From assembly GCA_051362555.1 (NCBI GenBank), contig CM120645.1, positions 21,576,001-21,640,000 of the forward strand: a stretch of 64,000 nt of DNA, in the 5' to 3' direction. Positions within the stretch are counted from its first letter, which is position 1. Each line of letters opens with the position of its first letter. This DNA is from Lingula anatina (taxonomy: Eukaryota; Animalia; Brachiopoda). Below are positions 24,719 through 38,700 of this stretch, in pieces. The notes beneath the pieces are model-generated. The model made no database searches and was not told the origin of the DNA. It saw nothing but the letters and a program-made list of their open reading frames with translations. A program made the translations under genes and the position numbers.

Positions 24719-27700
24719 CTAATTTATACTGGCAATATCCCTTAAGGTTTGGTATGGCTGTTCTGGATCGCCTGTTCTTTGGCAACAGCAAACGCCATTT
24801 CCTCCACTGGATACGTTGCGACTTAGTTTTGGGCAACAGCAAACGCCATTCCCTTCACCCAAGGTCGCACGCGCCAACAAATGGACGAAGGTCAGCAGTC
24901 GATGGCACAGCATGGCCAGGAACTGTACGATAAGCAGGAAGCAGAAGATGAACAGAAACACTAGACCTGTAATAAGATATGTCATTGAATAAATTAATGT
25001 GTACATGTAATTTTCAGTCAAGAATAAGATCATGGGTTACTAAAATAAATGTATAATATGCAAGGATGTAATTTGGGTAAATCAATTTCCTAGGAAAAAT
25101 AGAAAAATAAAAGAGAACAATATCTAATATGTAGTCGTTACGATGAAAATATCGTGCATTTTGTAATCATACGACACTTAACAACCCAGTAGTATGTAGG
25201 CCCACATTTGATATAAAATGGAAAATATAGGAACCTCATATTACCTAATGGATTATTCCCAAAAAGTTGGAGGTCGGGTTTTTCTGGGTCTGTACCCAAG
25301 TTACCAAGGGTGAGGAATATTGTGAGCCACAACGTGTTTACTACCGCAAACCACATCAGTGCCGTCTTGCGGAGATCTAACAGCTCATCTAGTAAATAAT
25401 CAAAATGTTTGCCATGGGAGCGACACTGTTATGTTCTACATGGTTTATAAAATTTAATCATTTAATTCGTTTAAATAGGTAGTAATTAGATATTAGGTTA
25501 AATTAAGGATTAAGAAAAAATATTTACTCATGGGACCATTTACTTTTAAGTGCGTCCTCCTTTTCCTTGAATACTGCGGAAGGTTTCAAGCGCTTATCAA
25601 TAAGATTTTTCCAAAATTCTTTCTCTCTTCTCACTTCTGGGGTGAGTGTATAAGACTTGCATCTTTTCAATTTTTCTCGGACCTTCATCAAGCTTGCTTC
25701 ATCTACAAAAGCAGAAGAAGTGGAATCTATATAATCCAGTCACTACCTAGGTTCCTTTTGAGTTTCGATTGTATGCAATAATAATTACCTGGTGACGTGC
25801 TGATAAGAATGAATAATTCACTGATGAATATGATTTAGATGCAATATTACACTAGAGAACATCCATCGTAAACACACACACACAAACACACACACACACA
25901 CACACACGCATATACTCAATGTACACATTATATCTATTTAGGATTGCCATGTGTGAAGAAAAGTTTCATGTTTCATGAACACAATAACATAAATTAGTTA
26001 GTAGAACATTAAAAATTCCACCAAGAGATATATGACCGTAATTTAATCTGTGTATAAATACAATAGATGATGGAGTCATAATTGAGACAGTCACCCATGT
26101 GGTCTTACCAAGAGTAGCCGGTCGAAGCTGCTGGATGGACTTGTACAGGCGCTTCAAGTGACCTGGTATGAGACAAAATGGCGTCAAGTTATAATGCAAA
26201 AACAGAAAAACATGCACTTACTAAATTATACGTTTTGTACTGCATTTAAAAGACAACATGAAAACTTACGCACACAAGCACGTCAATTACCGTGAACTGA
26301 GAAAAATGGCTTGGGGGGGGGGGGGGGGGGGGAGGGGAGGGGGGGGCTGTTGTAGGTCTACAATTTATGCAATTAGGCTATATGCATTGCTTATGGAAAT
26401 CATCCAGTAGCTGACTGACGGAAAAATTAGAGACTGCTCGTCGACTGGGAGAAAGGAAAATGCTGACACTGTTCCCTGTCCTGCATTTTTTTTTAAATCT
26501 TGAATCGGGGAGATGAACATGCCTACACACAAACATTGGTTAAGAACGCAGGTAAAATCTGTACCGTAAACGTTTCATTTTACTGGCCATTCGGACCACC
26601 AATTTTCTAAAATCTTTTGGTTTGCATTACAAATCAGTGGTCCAAACAAACATGTCAATCAGAACTTAATTTTCAACCTATTACACATTAACATAGTTTT
26701 CTTAAAAAACTTTATTTTGTCAATCTTTCTGAAAAACTTCACTATTGGAGACAAACTCATAAATATCTATGGAAAACTGTGGATTAAAGTGATAATAACT
26801 CTTTGTTTTGGCCAAAAAATGAATTTTCCTGGAGTGAACAACAATTTTCTCATACTTACCAATGGTTAATGAATCCATTACATTCAAAGTTAGTCCCTGG
26901 TTTTTTTTCTAAATGTTTGGTTTTTTGTTAAAATCTCTTAAGAGATTTTAACATAGTATAGCCATCAATGGAGCTTACATCGTCTAAAGACAAGCTCAGA
27001 TATCAGAATAATAGCTATAACTGCTGTTTTTGTGGTAAAACAGAATATATTATATTTCTATGAGTTATTCACAATGTTTTTATTATGAAATATAGATCTC
27101 ATATGAAGAGTTATTATGCCTTTAAGGTTATTTTCATCGAAAAAAATATACTAGTCATGTTGGACCACTAAAATTACACATTCTGAAAACCTGGTCTGCA
27201 CGGAATTTTACTGACCACAGGCGTCGGACCAATGACTGTAGTAGCACACTGTTCAGGTATTACAATAATATCTACCTGGTTTGTGAATTCCATATTTAAT
27301 CCTCAGTTGATCTTTGTCTGTAGTGGTCATCAAGTCATCAAAGTTGTCTAGTAGTGCTTTCCTGTATCTTACAAGGCCAATGGAGGTAATCCACCTTTCC
27401 TGAAGTGTAAATCCATTATTTCAAAGGCGTGCTTACATCAATAAGGAAATTAGACAATGGATTAAATGTATCCTGTATGTTATTCCTATTCTCCTCGATA
27501 AAAAAGCAGATTTATCCACAGCACATATTTACAATAAAGTTTAATACACCCTCACCTTTGCTGCAGTGTCTGTTGGTACCTGTGGATCTATTTGAAAGGC
27601 GGGAAGTTTTTGTACCTCAGCGTGTACCAGGTTAACGTGGTCCCTGCTGATTATACCGACTTGGCGAATTTCCTGAAAAAGATAAAAGAAAAAAGTTTGT

Positions 27701-30700
27701 CGAGGACCATGTGTGGGCTAGGAATCTACATTTTTATGCTATCTATTGATAACAACAAATCAGTCTGACATAAGATCATTGTAGCTTGTATTTGTATTTA
27801 ATTGACTTGAGATGGACTGTAGGCCTACCACATATTCTTCATGTAATGTTAGCATTGTTTAATTCCTGGGGCGATCGTAAATCATCTGCAGTTCTATCAT
27901 ATGACATTTAAAAATATACCTCTTTGCTCATCCCAGCAATAAAAGTGGTGTCGTCATAGCCAAGTTTTTTAAAATTGTCCTCACAAGCCTATAAAACAAG
28001 TTTGAAATAATGATAATAAAATTAAAATAAAACACTCAAAGCACTTCTAAGCAAAAGGCGTCTTTTATAATAATTTTTAAAAAATCAGCTTTTCATCACT
28101 TTTAAAAAATGAATTTAAATTATTAGGTAAAATCTTGTTGGAGCTTATAAGAGGTATTGTTTTTTGTGTTATTGTTAAAAATAACTTCAATATAATGCAC
28201 AAATACAAGTGCCAAAATACAAACTTGACATTTATAATATGAAATTTTACTTTCAGAGTTATACCCAGGTTGAAATGCTTTTATTTAACGCTCAGATCTC
28301 ACACAAAATATGTAATTGGAAAAGTGTGTAGGCAGGCGTGTCGCTACCAATTAACTGACTACACCATGGCTGTAGCACTGCTGCATTGCACAACTCTGGA
28401 TAGAACACTGAAAATACGTGGTTTTCTTTATTGATTTTACCTGCACCGCCAAAGTAGATTTTACAGACATCCTGATTAGGCTTACGACGAAGCGTGTGCC
28501 GCGTCAAAAGTGACTAGGGTCAATAACAGCACCAGTATTTGGAGCAGATAACCCATTGGTGCCAAGACACCAATGATAGTTATCGAGAACAACCTGGACC
28601 ACATAAAATACAGGAATAATCTGGGAACCACTTGACTACCATTTGACAGGGGTACCTTAGGAACAATTTTAGGGCACACTGTGAAAATGCCGGTTCAAAC
28701 AGAGCACTTTTAATCGCAGATAGCTTACATAACCAAGTAAATGAGCAGCTACCCTGGTCTTCAAGATCGCCAGATTTAAAATACGTAGACAATATGTTGT
28801 TAGGTAATTACTCGCCGAATCAACAACCTACTTATCATACAACAAAACGCAACCAAATTGAACAGTTTTTGAGCGATATCTGGGATGTCTAAAAATCATT
28901 TCCAAGGATTGCCTTGCCGCTTGAGAGGCCTAGTAGCAGCCATGTGAGGTCAGACACACACCCGACCGTTACTATGACTAGACACTGACATGAGGTTCTT
29001 TGTGGGGCGTGTAACAGTTTTACAGATGACAATTTGGATAATATGGATATCCCAAAATATCACTTTTAATGGTTGTCGTATGACTTGGAATCAGCAATGA
29101 ATGCTTCCATGGCGATTTCAATTTAAGTTACTAAAACAGCTTTTAAGCCTCAATTTCATTTATCAGTCAGAAAAATGGAATAATTTAATTAAAAAATTCG
29201 GAAAAGTATTCCATATTTAATGTCAAGCCTGTATTTATGTGTCGATATATTCAGGATGTGGTTACTCAGCAGCTGACCATCAGGGTTCAACGATACCTTG
29301 ATTTCGTTCTGAAGAAACCTTGCAGACAACCAATTTTTCACTGAAATGGCGTCATGGCATCTATCTTCTCTGGCGCCTTCTTGTTCCTCTTCTACAGAGC
29401 CTAAAATTATAACACGCCATAATCCAACAGACTGCACTGATGAATACCCATAAAATTTGTTTTAAACCGATTCGTACTTTGTGGTTGATTTGACGTACGG
29501 CACACAGCTTGAAAAACCTCACGAATGGGATTTTGATTGTGTTGACCATACTTACACCTTAATGCCTAATACCATGCAGCCATCCTTTTCTGATGACCTG
29601 AATCATCGAAATGAGCCTTACTAGTATATTTCGTTCTTTACTCTTAACTCAATTGACTTATCCCACTCCACCTGAGTAAAATATTCCTAATTAATTACAC
29701 GTCTAGTTTTAATGCTATACGAAGAGGCGTTCGTATGCCTTGTGCCACATAAAGCTCCTTTATTGGTATCACTGACCAGTAAAAACCAGTACTGCGAGGG
29801 CTCATTATAAAATAACATTCACTGTTAATGTGTTTACTATTTTTGGTTTACTCACCGCCTGCCGATGTATCATTTGCTTCGTCTGGTAGATTCGTGATCA
29901 TCTCTACGTTGCCAAATTCGGGTGTATTTTTCTGAGCTGGGCAACTACAAAAATGTATCAAGTGGAACTTAATCACAACAAACAAATTGAGTCGAGGGGT
30001 GATATAATAAACCACGGGTACTAACTTAAGGAGCCTAAGTCTCCGATTCGTTATTGATATATTTTAAACACTGAATCTGAAGTCATTAAGATCATTGGCA
30101 CTGGTTGGCATGGCTTTAGACAATAAGCTATTAGGCAGTTGTAAATAAAGTGCATCAGGTTACAGTTGTAGTTTCTTACATCTTATTTTCAAAGTACTAA
30201 AAAAACAGTGATTAACTGCAACGAGAAAAAACCTAAATCAATAACAAATTATTGAAATGTTCCAAACGTTATCAGCAACTCTCACAAAATTGGAACGGAA
30301 TATTATTTGTTTAGTTTTTTAAGACATACCACGTCCCTTGTACTCGGTCCCATATTTCCTGAAGAGCGCTTTTCTCTTGACCAGATGTCTTTGCTTCCCT
30401 AGTCCCTGCAGCAACACGACAATATTAATAATTTTGATGAATCTCAAAATTATAAATCTTTACGCAAAGGTGTGTATTTGTTAAAATGAAATTCGGAAAG
30501 ATAAGTTAAACAAATATTTACCATATCTAACTGGAAGTTACCGCACAACAGTCAAACAAGAAAATCTGTTGAGGTACATTGTATATGGTACCTGTACTAA
30601 CCCCAGCTCTGATCCGTTATGTTACATATACTGTAGATACACTGTATATGGTACCTGTACATACCCCAGCTCTGATCCGTAATGTTACATATACTGTAGA

Positions 30701-32696
30701 TAGTGAGGAAGAGAAAGCCAGCCGGTAGAAAGAACAGGTATGTGATACCTTAAAAATGCAAACGTATTAATTTAGGGTGAAACATGTAACTAATATAGTT
30801 GTCGCCACTAGATCAGCAAACACAATTGTTAACAGCACCGATACAGAGCAGGTGCCGTTGTCCTTTATTTGAATCAGTATTATTTTACAAAAATTAGAGA
30901 TGAAAACACAGACACTAAAATATCAATAAGCACAATGTTTTTTTTTTTACATCACTTACGTATCCAATACTTTGTAAAAGGAGAAGAATAAACACAAGGG
31001 TTAAAAGGTGAAAAGGGAATGAGGATAATATCATTATAATATGTGAGCATATGAAGGGCACAGGGAGAAAATATCGTCTTGTTTTGTTCGTTTCGTTTTT
31101 TTTTTGTTCTTCCCTTACTCTTTTATTTTGTAGTTGGCAGGGGGTTAAAAAAGTATACCTCCAGAGTTAATTTTAAGCAAGTGAAGTGCGTTGCATTGAC
31201 CCTTAGACCTGCTGTTGTAAGTTTTGTGGTACCCTTACCATGGAAAAGACACGTGAACTCCGTCGGATGCAATAATGCTGTTATCACAAACATCCCAGCT
31301 ACTGCACAGACGTAAAGCGAACTAACCGGAACCGGCAATTCAGTCACACCTGAAAAATTATGTAAAACTTCTACCCGTGACTTTCAGCCAAAATAGGGCC
31401 TGCTGCAAATTTTGCAGCAAATTTTCTGCAATATTGCTTCAAATTGCAATTCCTTCTTGGAAATTTGCAGCACATCTGCTGCAATGTTATTGCATATTTC
31501 TCTAACAAACTCCCGCAAACTCGCTGCCGCTTACTTTTCATTTTGCTAAGGGAGATTAATGTATGTACTGTATAGTCATTGCATTGATCAATATGAAAAA
31601 AATGTATAATTAATTAAAAAAAAACATCACACAATTTAGTTAATTTGGATCTGTTGTTTGATCACTGTTCATTGATTATATGTAACTACTTACTTATTTG
31701 AGAGGAAATATATGTTAGGTTAAAGGTACTGAAGTCCTGCACCACCTGCCGTATGGTACCAATGAACGTCACCGCCATTACGATAGCAAAAATTGCACTG
31801 GCACCTATTGCTACCTGGTGATGCAAAAACACATTTGGTATGGATGTCCAATATGGTGGTTCTGACAGCATGCAGAAGGTTCAAACATGTAAGTTTCCCT
31901 TTCTCCCCCCCCCCCGCCCGCCCCCTGTCGAAAACAGTATGCAAAAGCGTATTTGGTTTATTATAATTTAACTTGACTGTACGTGTGCCGGAGTAACAGG
32001 ATTGGTAGTCCTAGGAATGGAGGTCAGGGCTCCGTATCTCGAAAGGTTCGCTATGTTGCGCACGTGCGCAAGTGTCTCGATTCCATAACCGATTCTATTT
32101 CGAGATACGGGGCCATGGAATGGAGACACTTTAGCACGTGCGCAACATAGCGAACCTTTCGAGATACGGATCCCAGGACTCGAAAATGATCAGTGCAGGT
32201 TAGTCGCAGTTTTGGGGTTAGTACCTGTATACGGGGTAAGTATAATGGGGAACGGACTCTGGTTCCTAGCGGGCCACCATTTCTGTCAAACCAGTCAGGC
32301 TAGGGTCTGTACAATTTGTGTTTAATTATAAAATACGGGTACGAGTAAGCGTACATGTACGAACTTGGTTGCCTTGGTAAAACGTATCACTCACATTAAT
32401 CTGTGTTTCATTTGAGGTGTACATGCAAATACTGAGGAACAAGAGAGCAACGACCACCAACACCAAGGATATGGCGATGTCGTTTATTCCAAATGCGTAC
32501 TCCAAACCGCCTGCAAGTAAAAAAGGAAAGTGTCGTCTTATAGGTCTATTTGAATTGGATAAAAATAATAGTTGGATATAGTTTGTTGTGATACTGTAAG
32601 TAAATTTAAAAATATTCCCGAGGGGGTGGAAACGGTTGGAAGAGAGAGAAAGAAAAGACCGAAAGAGAGAGAGAGAAAGTGAAATCTCTGCGTGTG

Positions 32697-32740
<44 letters not shown>

Positions 32741-35700
32741 AGATATAACCAAAATAACGGTGGCTGGACCAATCAACGACGAAACCAGTAGAAAAAACTG
32801 GTATATCATGAAAGGGTACGTGATCCTTTCACTTGACGTCACCAAATCCTCGGCAGATTTCAGGAGAAGCCACATGTTTGCCATCGTGGATACGATCCAG
32901 CGTCTACGCTGTTTGAAGAATTCACCAAACGTCTCCGGACAGAACGTTTTGTCCTCTGCCACTGCACAATACTCTATCCCGCTTCGGTTCTTAACCTGAA
33001 ACAAAAAACATAGTATATAAACATTAAGCTGTTAAACATTGTAAAATGATTCACTGGGGAGGGAAATGATCCCACACCCCGCAGCAGAAAGCATTGCATA
33101 TAATAGTCCAAAAATGGTCCGCTTACCAAAAGAGTACACAGCCATCTGTCTTCCCCCATGTCTTTGTACAAGAACTCGAAGCCAGTCTTGGCGTCACTGG
33201 CGTACTCCGCCATTGTGCGTTTAAGAACGGACGTGCGATACATGGTGAAGCAACCAGGAGCGCACAGCACACTGCCAAGTACATGGTTGGCGACCTGAAA
33301 CATTGGTCTTATCCGTATTTAATCAAGATTATTTAATACGTTACATTTTGGCGACGTAACCCAACATGTAAATGCATGTCCAACGTATAAAGGTGAGGTA
33401 AGAAAGAAAGTGATAAATCATGTCACATTTTAATTCCCTCAACACAAAAGTAGACTTCAAACTTTCACGGGAAAATATATATTTCGCAAAAACTTAGTAA
33501 TTTAGTCTATCGGTCTTATAGCATTTCGTTTTTAATCTGATGTGAAATACTCTTTCCGTTTTATACGAATTTGGTTATTTATTAAGTATTGAATAAATTA
33601 GCTTCAATTATTTCTATATATTTTCTGAAATGTAATTCGTATTACAATCTGTAAAATTAACTGTAAAAATAACAATATCGAGATGGGGATAAGTATTATT
33701 CATATGATACTAGTAAGTGTATTTCACAGACCAATTTTCAGTTAGCCTACGCTACAATGATTTTGACATTATCAGATTGAACTCTCTTTTATATGTACTT
33801 TTTGCAGCCAATGGCCGATGGCATAGTCGAACACCTGGTAGGACACTATAGGTTGGACTTTGGACCCCAAAGGATGAGTGCGGCCACAGACGGCGCTGAC
33901 ACTATGGTCGTCGTCTCGCAGAAACACGTCAAACAACGCCTCCACGGAATCCAAGGTAAACTTGACATCTGCGTCTGTGGCAAGGATGAAGGTCTTTTTT
34001 AGACCTAAACGAATGAATGAAAATACAGGTAATATGCAGGCGTGCTATTAAATATAGACATGATCGATATAATGTATTAATTCATAAAAAAAGTTTTATC
34101 ATTTTTCTCTGTCGCCGTATCACCGCAAGATATGACAAAATATCCTCTAAACCTGCTTGAATGATCCAGAGAAGCAGACAAACTGAATCCCACAGAAGCA
34201 TATCAGTACAGAGGGATGACAAAAGTATTGCACCATCTTTTTTGTTGGCTTTGCAGTGGTGAATTTGAGCCAATTTCTATCATTGTGAAGTAACGGAAGC
34301 TCACAGATGAAAAAAGGAAAGAACATGTATCTCTCAGGGGTATAAATGTATCCCAGATAGCCGCAAGATATGGTGTGTCTGGCCAGAATGCGGGATATGC
34401 AGAAGGCTGGAGGGCACTGGTGATCAAAGGGTAGGATATTTTGAACCGTGCAGCAAATTAATATTACAATGGCCGCGCAATTTTCAGTTTTATAAAGACA
34501 TAAGAAATGTTCAAAGAAGGCTACATGCTGCAGGAATTCACAGCAGGGTTGAAAAAAAGAAACCCCTTATCAGCGTGGTAAACAGACGGAGTAGATTTAC
34601 ATGGGCTGCAAGAACCAGTGCAATGCCTGAACTGGCGCTATTTTGTATTTTCTGGCGAATCTATCTTCATCTTGTGAGGGGACAAATGATAACAGGGATC
34701 ATCATCTACTACTCGTATGCCAGATCGAGTTTGCATTGCCTCACTAGACATAATGAAAATCTGACTCCCTCCCATGAAAATTTGACTCCCCCTCCACAAA
34801 GCTTCATAAATATTATTTTATTTGAGTATATGACTGTGATCTTGTAGTATGTAAAATGGAGGATACATTGGCACTTTTTTACAGGTGAATATATTCATGA
34901 AAAAATAAGAAAATAAAAAATGTGCACTTAACCGCCCATTGTCTCCCCTATGAAAAAGCTATTTATTTGATATTGGATGATCATTTCTACATCTTTCCTT
35001 TAAATTTACTTTATGAAGATTATATTGGACATATTTGAAATTTTGACGGTAAAATTTAGGGTGAACCCCCCCCCCCAAAAAAAAAAAAAAAAATGAAAAA
35101 TAAGAAAATTAAAAATGTGCATTTTATCACCCAAAAACTCCCCTTTGAAAAAGCTATCTATTAAATATTTGATAATCATTTCAACACCTTTCCTTTTAGG
35201 ATACTTTATGAAAAATATATTGGAAATATTAAAAAGTTTGATGATAAAATACTGAGTGAAAGAATGAAAAAGAAATCATGAAAATCCTCATTTTTATACC
35301 CATGAGATTTGGGCTCCCATGAAGAAAAGGACCTATTTTATATTCAGTCACCATACCATTGCTTTCCACATAGTTTGCACAGAGATGTACATTTTATTAT
35401 TTGAAGGTTTGGTGGTGAAATTTGTGGTGAATATTTTTAAAACAAGTATTCATCTTACTACCTGTAGGTCTTGCACTTCCATGTCAAAACGCTACATTTT
35501 TAACTCAAGAAATTGGCTCCATCGCCTTTTTACTGAATTCTTCTTATATAGCATACCCAGTAATTTACCATTCAAACTTTCAAATATTTCCAATATATTC
35601 TTCATAAAGGATCCTTAAAGAAAAGATGTCAGAATGATCATCAAATATCAAATAGTTTTTCATAGGGGAGTCATTGGGTGTTAGAATACAAATCCTTAAT

Positions 35701-38700
35701 TTTTCTTACTTTTCATGCTTTTTTTAAATTTATTTTTTTCACCCAATTTTTTAACCATGAAACTTTCAAGTACTTTCAATATATTCCTCATAAAGTATCC
35801 TCAAAGAAAATATGTTAGAATGATCAACAAATATCAAATAAATAGCTTTTTCATAGGGGAGTCACTGGGTGTAAGAATACATAGGCTTTGTATTCTTAAT
35901 TTTTCTTATTTTTTAATGTGTTTTTTCCGCCCAATTTTTTACCATCAAACTTTCAAGTACTTATAATATAATCTTCATAAAGTAACCTAAAAGGAAAGAT
36001 GTTGAAATGATCATCAAGTGTCAAATAAATAGCTTTTTCATAGGGGAGTCCTTGGGTGGTAAAATACAAATCTTTAATTTTTTTATTTTTTCATGAAAAT
36101 TTTCACCTGCAAACTAACAAAAAGTGCCAATGTGTCATCCATTATGCATACTACAAGATCATGGTCATTTACTCAAATTAAATGAGATTTATGAACGTTT
36201 TTTTTCGGGAGTCAAAATTTCATAGGGGGAGCCAGATTTTCATTATGAAAATCTGAGTGGGGAGTCACATTTTAGGGGAGTCAGATTTTCATGGTACACC
36301 GGCGTTACATCAACAGGGTGGACTGGCCTGCCCGATTACCAGATGTAATTCCAAATAAAAATTTGTGGAATAAGATTGGAAACCAAGTGACATAGAAACA
36401 CCCCTTGCACAGAAATGTTCTAATTCGAAGTATCTTTAGAGCCTCGCCCAACACAGCCCAAGAAGATAGCTGTACCTTTAGCTGTCTATATCCAGATGGC
36501 TGATGGCCATACTGAGATCACATGCCTATCCTACAGAAGATAAATACTGACAAAAAGCAGGTGTAAGGGCAAAGCATTGGACTGTAAACCTGTTTTTAAA
36601 GATACTAACTTGACATTGCCATTCAATATTTACCACCGGAAAAATCTAACAAACAGCTGTTGTTTACTTCAAGAAACATAGTACAATACTTTTGTCACCC
36701 ATCTGTACAATTGATAGTTTTAAATGGTAGGCTATTTGCCAAAACAAATTATACTGTATCTGCCGGTAGAAAAAATATATAAGATATACGTATTATGGTC
36801 TGTTATACATACCCGTCCACGTATTGAATAGGGTTTGTAAAACGTGTGATATATATATATTAGTCGAGGAGACTTACGATCTTCCCATGCATCATGCATC
36901 GCTTTATCACTTTCATCGCGTGGCTTGTTACTCAATAAATCAACGATATACGACAGGTACATGATCTGACTCCAACGTTTCTTGTTTTTCACCTGCAACA
37001 ACAACCATTTGGGTTTTATTTGTAAAAGAAGGAACTCGTTCAGCGCAGAGTGATGGTATTATTAAATTCTCAAATATGAAGGACGGATAGACCAGGGGCG
37101 GCTATAGGCTGTCTTCTGGGTCTTCCAGAAGTCGGTCAGATTTTTCAAGTTTACATTGATGGCCATCTAGTTTTTTCTGTCGGAAGCCGGTCAAAATGGA
37201 GAATGGTTTGACAAAGGTAATTTGGAAGACTGTCAGAAAATAACTCTGGATCCACCCCTGTAAACGACAGCTTCAATTAGATATAGTTGTACCAAGCGGA
37301 GGAGAAAATTAGTCAATCATTTTAGTTGACTTACAAATATAGTGTTGTTGAAATAAATTGATCGTTGAGTATACAACATTATACTTAATCACAAGAAAGG
37401 GGGTTTCACCTTCTGGTTGTCCTTCAAGTGTAACACAACGCTCATTGAATATTGTCCAGAGTGGGGATCAAAAAATCCCCACACAAGTTGAAGTCCATAG
37501 GGAGTATCGTGCCTCTCGAAGCCAATGTTCCTTTCAGGATTACTTTCGAATTCTACCCCTGGAAAAAAATGTAAACCCATTTCCCCTTAGAAATAAGTGT
37601 TAATGAATCAATTAAATCCTGGCGAGAGGTAGTGGTAAGTTGCGGCATTGTGAAATGAAACATCGTGACGCATTTCTGGATAAAGTGCACGGTCTTTGTG
37701 ATGTACTCATGATGGGTTGTGTTAGGAGTTAAGTCACAGTCATACTTATAACGACCTGTCTTTGTTTTCAGTTGTCGTAGCACAGTGTGTATATGATAAT
37801 GAGCGCATTCAGGACAACTTGATCAGCGGACTCACGGATCCCCGGACTTTCTACGGCCGAACCACTAAAAAGGAAGCCCTGGACTAACTGATCCGCCGAC
37901 TAAATATTGCCGACCCACCTAAAAGGAAGCTACCTAATCCCCTGATGGCCTCCCCGCCTTCACACGTTCCTTCGCTGTAGGGGCCTAGCAATTTAACCTT
38001 AAAACCAAGATTTTATCCGTTTAATGGGGCGTGTGGAGGCGAAAAGACAATCAGGGTATTAGGTTGCTTCCTTTTAAATGGGGTCGGCCATATTTAGTCG
38101 GCGGATCAGTTAGTCCAGGGACGGTCTGTTCTCAATGTCCGCATTCACAACCAAAATTGATCCGCGGACTAACAGATCCTCGGATCAAATATGGCCAACT
38201 CATTTAAAAGCATTCCACGTATTCCTGCGGGGTATCTATTCAATGTCCATTAGGAGAGAATGTGGCTAGCTTTCGAGTGGGCCGAGCGAATCCGAGGATT
38301 AAATTGTTCTGAATGCACCGAATGCGACCAATGATTACAGTTTATATTGACAGCTAAAATGTACAATAGTTAAATGTTAGGTGCTATGATCATAAAGGAT
38401 AGTTACCAATGGACTTAGAAACTGACACGTTTTCAGCGTGCGTAACCTCCTGAACGTAAAACCGCTTGTTATTGATATAAACCTTAATGCATAGAATCGA
38501 ATGTCAGAGCTACAAGACGCTTCTGAGGGGCTTACCGAAGACACTTCTCATCAATGACAAAAGATGCAGGGCATTTGCATTTAGGTGTTTGGACTTCTTC
38601 CTTTTGGTGTCGAACGCCCCGTCCAGCCATATGTGTGAATGATATCTTGGAGAGTTCTCATCCCTATTGTCTACCACATTCTTGATGGATGTCAGTAGCT

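Noticed and set aside
29560-29600. Possible extra chs micro-exon
   Set aside because: The acceptor is not conserved in paralog B, and the flanking exons already join in phase.
34860-36110. Regularly spaced modules resembling a CRISPR array
   Set aside because: The whole module of about 180 bp repeats, there are no unique spacers, orientation flips midway, and the context is a eukaryotic intron: foldback transposon arms.
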